Part shown: in pieces, positions 61,721 through 64,000 of the stretch
Layout: each line of letters opens with the position of its first letter
Position numbering within the stretch: the stretch's first letter is position 1
Assembly (NCBI RefSeq): GCF_934772795.1
Contig: NZ_CAKVMR010000003.1
Span: 831-64,830, forward strand
From: an uncultured Holdemanella sp.
GTDB taxonomy: Bacteria; Bacillota_I; Bacilli_A; Erysipelotrichales; Erysipelotrichaceae
Direction: 5' to 3'
DNA length: 64,000 nucleotides
The notes under the pieces: generated by a model
The model's database searches: none
The model's input: the letters and a program-made list of their open reading frames with translations, nothing else
Told to the model about the DNA's origin: nothing
Translations under genes and position numbers: made by a program

Positions 61721-62911
61721 TTATTGCATCAAACGATGCATGTTTTTAGCTTCATACATAGAATCATCCATTGCGGATAAGAATGTATCGATGTTTTTTC
61801 CGTTGTATTTTGCGATTCCAATCGAGAATGATAAATGGAATGGTTCTTTAGAATGGATATTGAATTGACGAACATTGTATTCGATTCGCTTTTTCAATTT
61901 CACAGCTTCTGTATCGGACTGTAGTTTTGCGAAGACCACAAATTCATCACCACCCATACGAATGGCGACTGAATCTTTATCGATTGAATGTTGTAGAATT
62001 TTACCAAACTGTATGAGGGCATGATCGCCTTTTAAATGTCCATAGGTATCATTGATGGCTTTAAATTCATTGATATCCATCAAGAATCCGTATACATGTT
62101 TCGTTTTATTGTTTTGTAGCTTGTTTAAATAATGATTCATGTATTTTCGATTGTAAAGTCCAGACAAATCATCAATATAGGAGATGGATATTTGAATTTC
62201 AATATAAACTAAGATAAATGCGATCGCAACACATAGCCAAATTGTACTAATCCCAAAGAAGAAACCTTGAATCATGGTGCCAATCATACAAGGAATGATA
62301 AAGTAATATATAGGAAAGAATTCGACTAAAGTAGAATCGTTTTTAGCTTTTTGAACCGTATATATACTTTCAATATAATAAATAAAGACAATGATATACA
62401 AAATAAAGTTCATTGGGCCACGGGTATATATGTTTTCTTTTGAAATATCAAAGATGATGCCGTTGCCAAATAAATTGATAATGATCAAGATCGTGGCCAT
62501 CATCAATGGAATGGCTAAGCGTCTTGATTTCTTCTTGATACGCTCAAAATTTCTATGAATATGATATTCCACGAATAGACACCAACAAAATCCGATGATG
62601 CCTGAGATAGCTGAAGCTATTGTATTTGTGAGATATTGCAGAATATAAAAGATAAAACCTGGGCGTGCTTCAATGATAAAACTAAGCGTTTCATTGATTG
62701 TGGCAACAAAGGTGATTATCAGCATAAAGTTGTATGCTTTTTCGTCAAACTGATTCGTTTGTGCAACACGAATTCGATATAAAAGTAAAAAGAGTACTAA
62801 AAATGCTCCAGTCCCGTTTGCCACCAGTATCTCGGGTATGTTGATCATAATTAACTCCGTTTCTATATGGTTAGTTACTTTAATCATAATCCTCTTTATC
62901 AGAAGTTGCAA
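61721..62911 (-). CDS. membrane-bound diguanylate cyclase (GGDEF)
   Basis: Multiple TMs; DDLSGLYNR, FKAINDTYGH, RMGGDEF; start probably near 62848. Confidence 0.9.
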   Translation of the reverse strand: MQLLIKRIMIKVTNHIETELIMINIPEILVANGTGAFLVLFLLLYRIRVAQTNQFDEKAYNFMLIITFVATINETLSFIIEARPGFIFYILQYLTNTIASAISGIIGFCWCLFVEYHIHRNFERIKKKSRRLAIPLMMATILIIINLFGNGIIFDISKENIYTRGPMNFILYIIVFIYYIESIYTVQKAKNDSTLVEFFPIYYFIIPCMIGTMIQGFFFGISTIWLCVAIAFILVYIEIQISISYIDDLSGLYNRKYMNHYLNKLQNNKTKHVYGFLMDINEFKAINDTYGHLKGDHALIQFGKILQHSIDKDSVAIRMGGDEFVVFAKLQSDTEAVKLKKRIEYNVRQFNIHSKEPFHLSFSIGIAKYNGKNIDTFLSAMDDSMYEAKNMHRLMQ

Positions 62912-63055
62912 ATGAGAAATTGAATCTTATGTAAATTAAAATTAACATAGATTAAGGATAAATTAAGCGTTGGATAAATGTCTGTTCAATCGTATCTAGT
63001 CATATTGTACTTTATTTAAAGTGTTTTATACTAAAAATGTAAAGGAGGTACAGAT

Positions 63056-63232
63056 ATGACTATGATTAAAAATTCAGTTGTAGAATTATTAATTTTACTA
63101 CTTTGCGCATGTACCGTTTTTATTTATAAAATACCGAGTACAATCAACACTTGGTTATTAAACTCAATTGTGATTGTGGTGATGGGCATTTGTGTTCTTA
63201 GAATTGCACTTAAGATGATGAATAATAAATAA
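63056..63232 (+). CDS. small two-TM membrane protein, 58 aa (not in ORF track)
   Basis: SD AAGGAGG; MTMIKNSVVELLILLLCACTVFIYKIP... Confidence 0.6.
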   Translation: MTMIKNSVVELLILLLCACTVFIYKIPSTINTWLLNSIVIVVMGICVLRIALKMMNNK

Positions 63233-63281
63233 TCTTGGCTTTTCCTGATGGGAAAGCCTTTTCTTGTGGTATATTATACTT

Positions 63282-63560
63282 ATGAAAAGATTTTTAAAAG
63301 ATATTGCACAAGGTATATATGATGGACTACAGGAAAATGAAGCTACACATAATCAATATAGTTTTCAAGAAATCTATGATGTAATCCAGGAATTTGTATC
63401 CTATGTATTTGTTGGCCTGATTTTAAGCGTAGGAGCTATTTTTGGATATTCTTATTATAAGACGTTTATATCATTGGGTGCGGTACTCCTTCTTGTATGG
63501 GCATTTATCTTGTATTATTTTTTAAATTCAAAAGATTTTAAAAAAATCAAAAAGAAATGA
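63282..63560 (+). CDS. small membrane protein
   Basis: Two C-terminal hydrophobic segments. Confidence 0.6.
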   Translation: MKRFLKDIAQGIYDGLQENEATHNQYSFQEIYDVIQEFVSYVFVGLILSVGAIFGYSYYKTFISLGAVLLLVWAFILYYFLNSKDFKKIKKK

Positions 63561-63569
63561 GGGAGAGAT

Positions 63570-64000
63570 ATGCAGACTATTTTAGTTTTACTTGTGGCAT
63601 TTGTCGCAGGTATTGAAGGCATCTTGGATGAGTTTGAGTTTCATCAACCCATTGTTGCCTGTACTCTAATTGGTTTAGTGACAAACCATTTAACAGAAGG
63701 ATTATTATTAGGTGGATCTTTACAATTGATTGCCTTAGGTTGGGCCAACATTGGTGCAGCCGTGGCTCCTGATGTATGTTTAGCGAGTGTGATTTCATCT
63801 ATATTGATGGTTCATGGATTAAATAGCGCAATTGAAGCAAGATTTGTGATTGCGATCAGTATTGCGCTGGCAATTCCATTATCATTAGTGGGTTTATCTT
63901 TGACAAAGGTATGTCGTAATTTAGCAATTAAACTTGTGCACAAGATGGATGAGACAAAAAAAGTTTCATACTATCAATGGGTTGGCATTTGTATGCAAGG
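63570..64000 (+). CDS. PTS mannose/fructose/sorbose-family IIC component (3'-truncated by window edge)
   Basis: GILDEFEFHQPIVACTLIGLV...GGSLQLIALGWANIGAAVAPD. Confidence 0.9.
   Translation, partial: MQTILVLLVAFVAGIEGILDEFEFHQPIVACTLIGLVTNHLTEGLLLGGSLQLIALGWANIGAAVAPDVCLASVISSILMVHGLNSAIEARFVIAISIALAIPLSLVGLSLTKVCRNLAIKLVHKMDETKKVSYYQWVGICMQ

Overview
This is low-GC Firmicutes chromosomal DNA; the gene set and order suggest an Erysipelotrichaceae-like gut bacterium, which is an inference. The left flank carries pcrA-ligA-camS-gatCAB and the right flank carries glgP, dxr, a T-box-regulated metG, two GGDEF genes and a partial PTS IIC. An apparently complete 35.4-kb Mu-type transposable prophage (13880-49313) has TG...CA ends and a 5-bp ATCGA target duplication, and it splits a peptidase E-like gene. 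The prophage combines MuA/MuB transposition genes, an SPP1-like head, a PBSX/Xkd-like contractile tail, a lysis module and an adenine methylase. Two features stand out. (1) Its diversity-generating retroelement has TWO tandem, divergent template repeats, and the variable region of the target gene is a mosaic: the 5' part matches TR1 and the 3' part matches TR2, each with adenine-only mismatches. (2) Three twister-ribozyme-like RNAs lie between genes of the early operon. Two of them pair the Shine-Dalgarno of the downstream gene (one is the transposase) into P1, and each is preceded by a hairpin holding the upstream stop codon in its loop. All calls were made by eye from motifs; no database searches were run.
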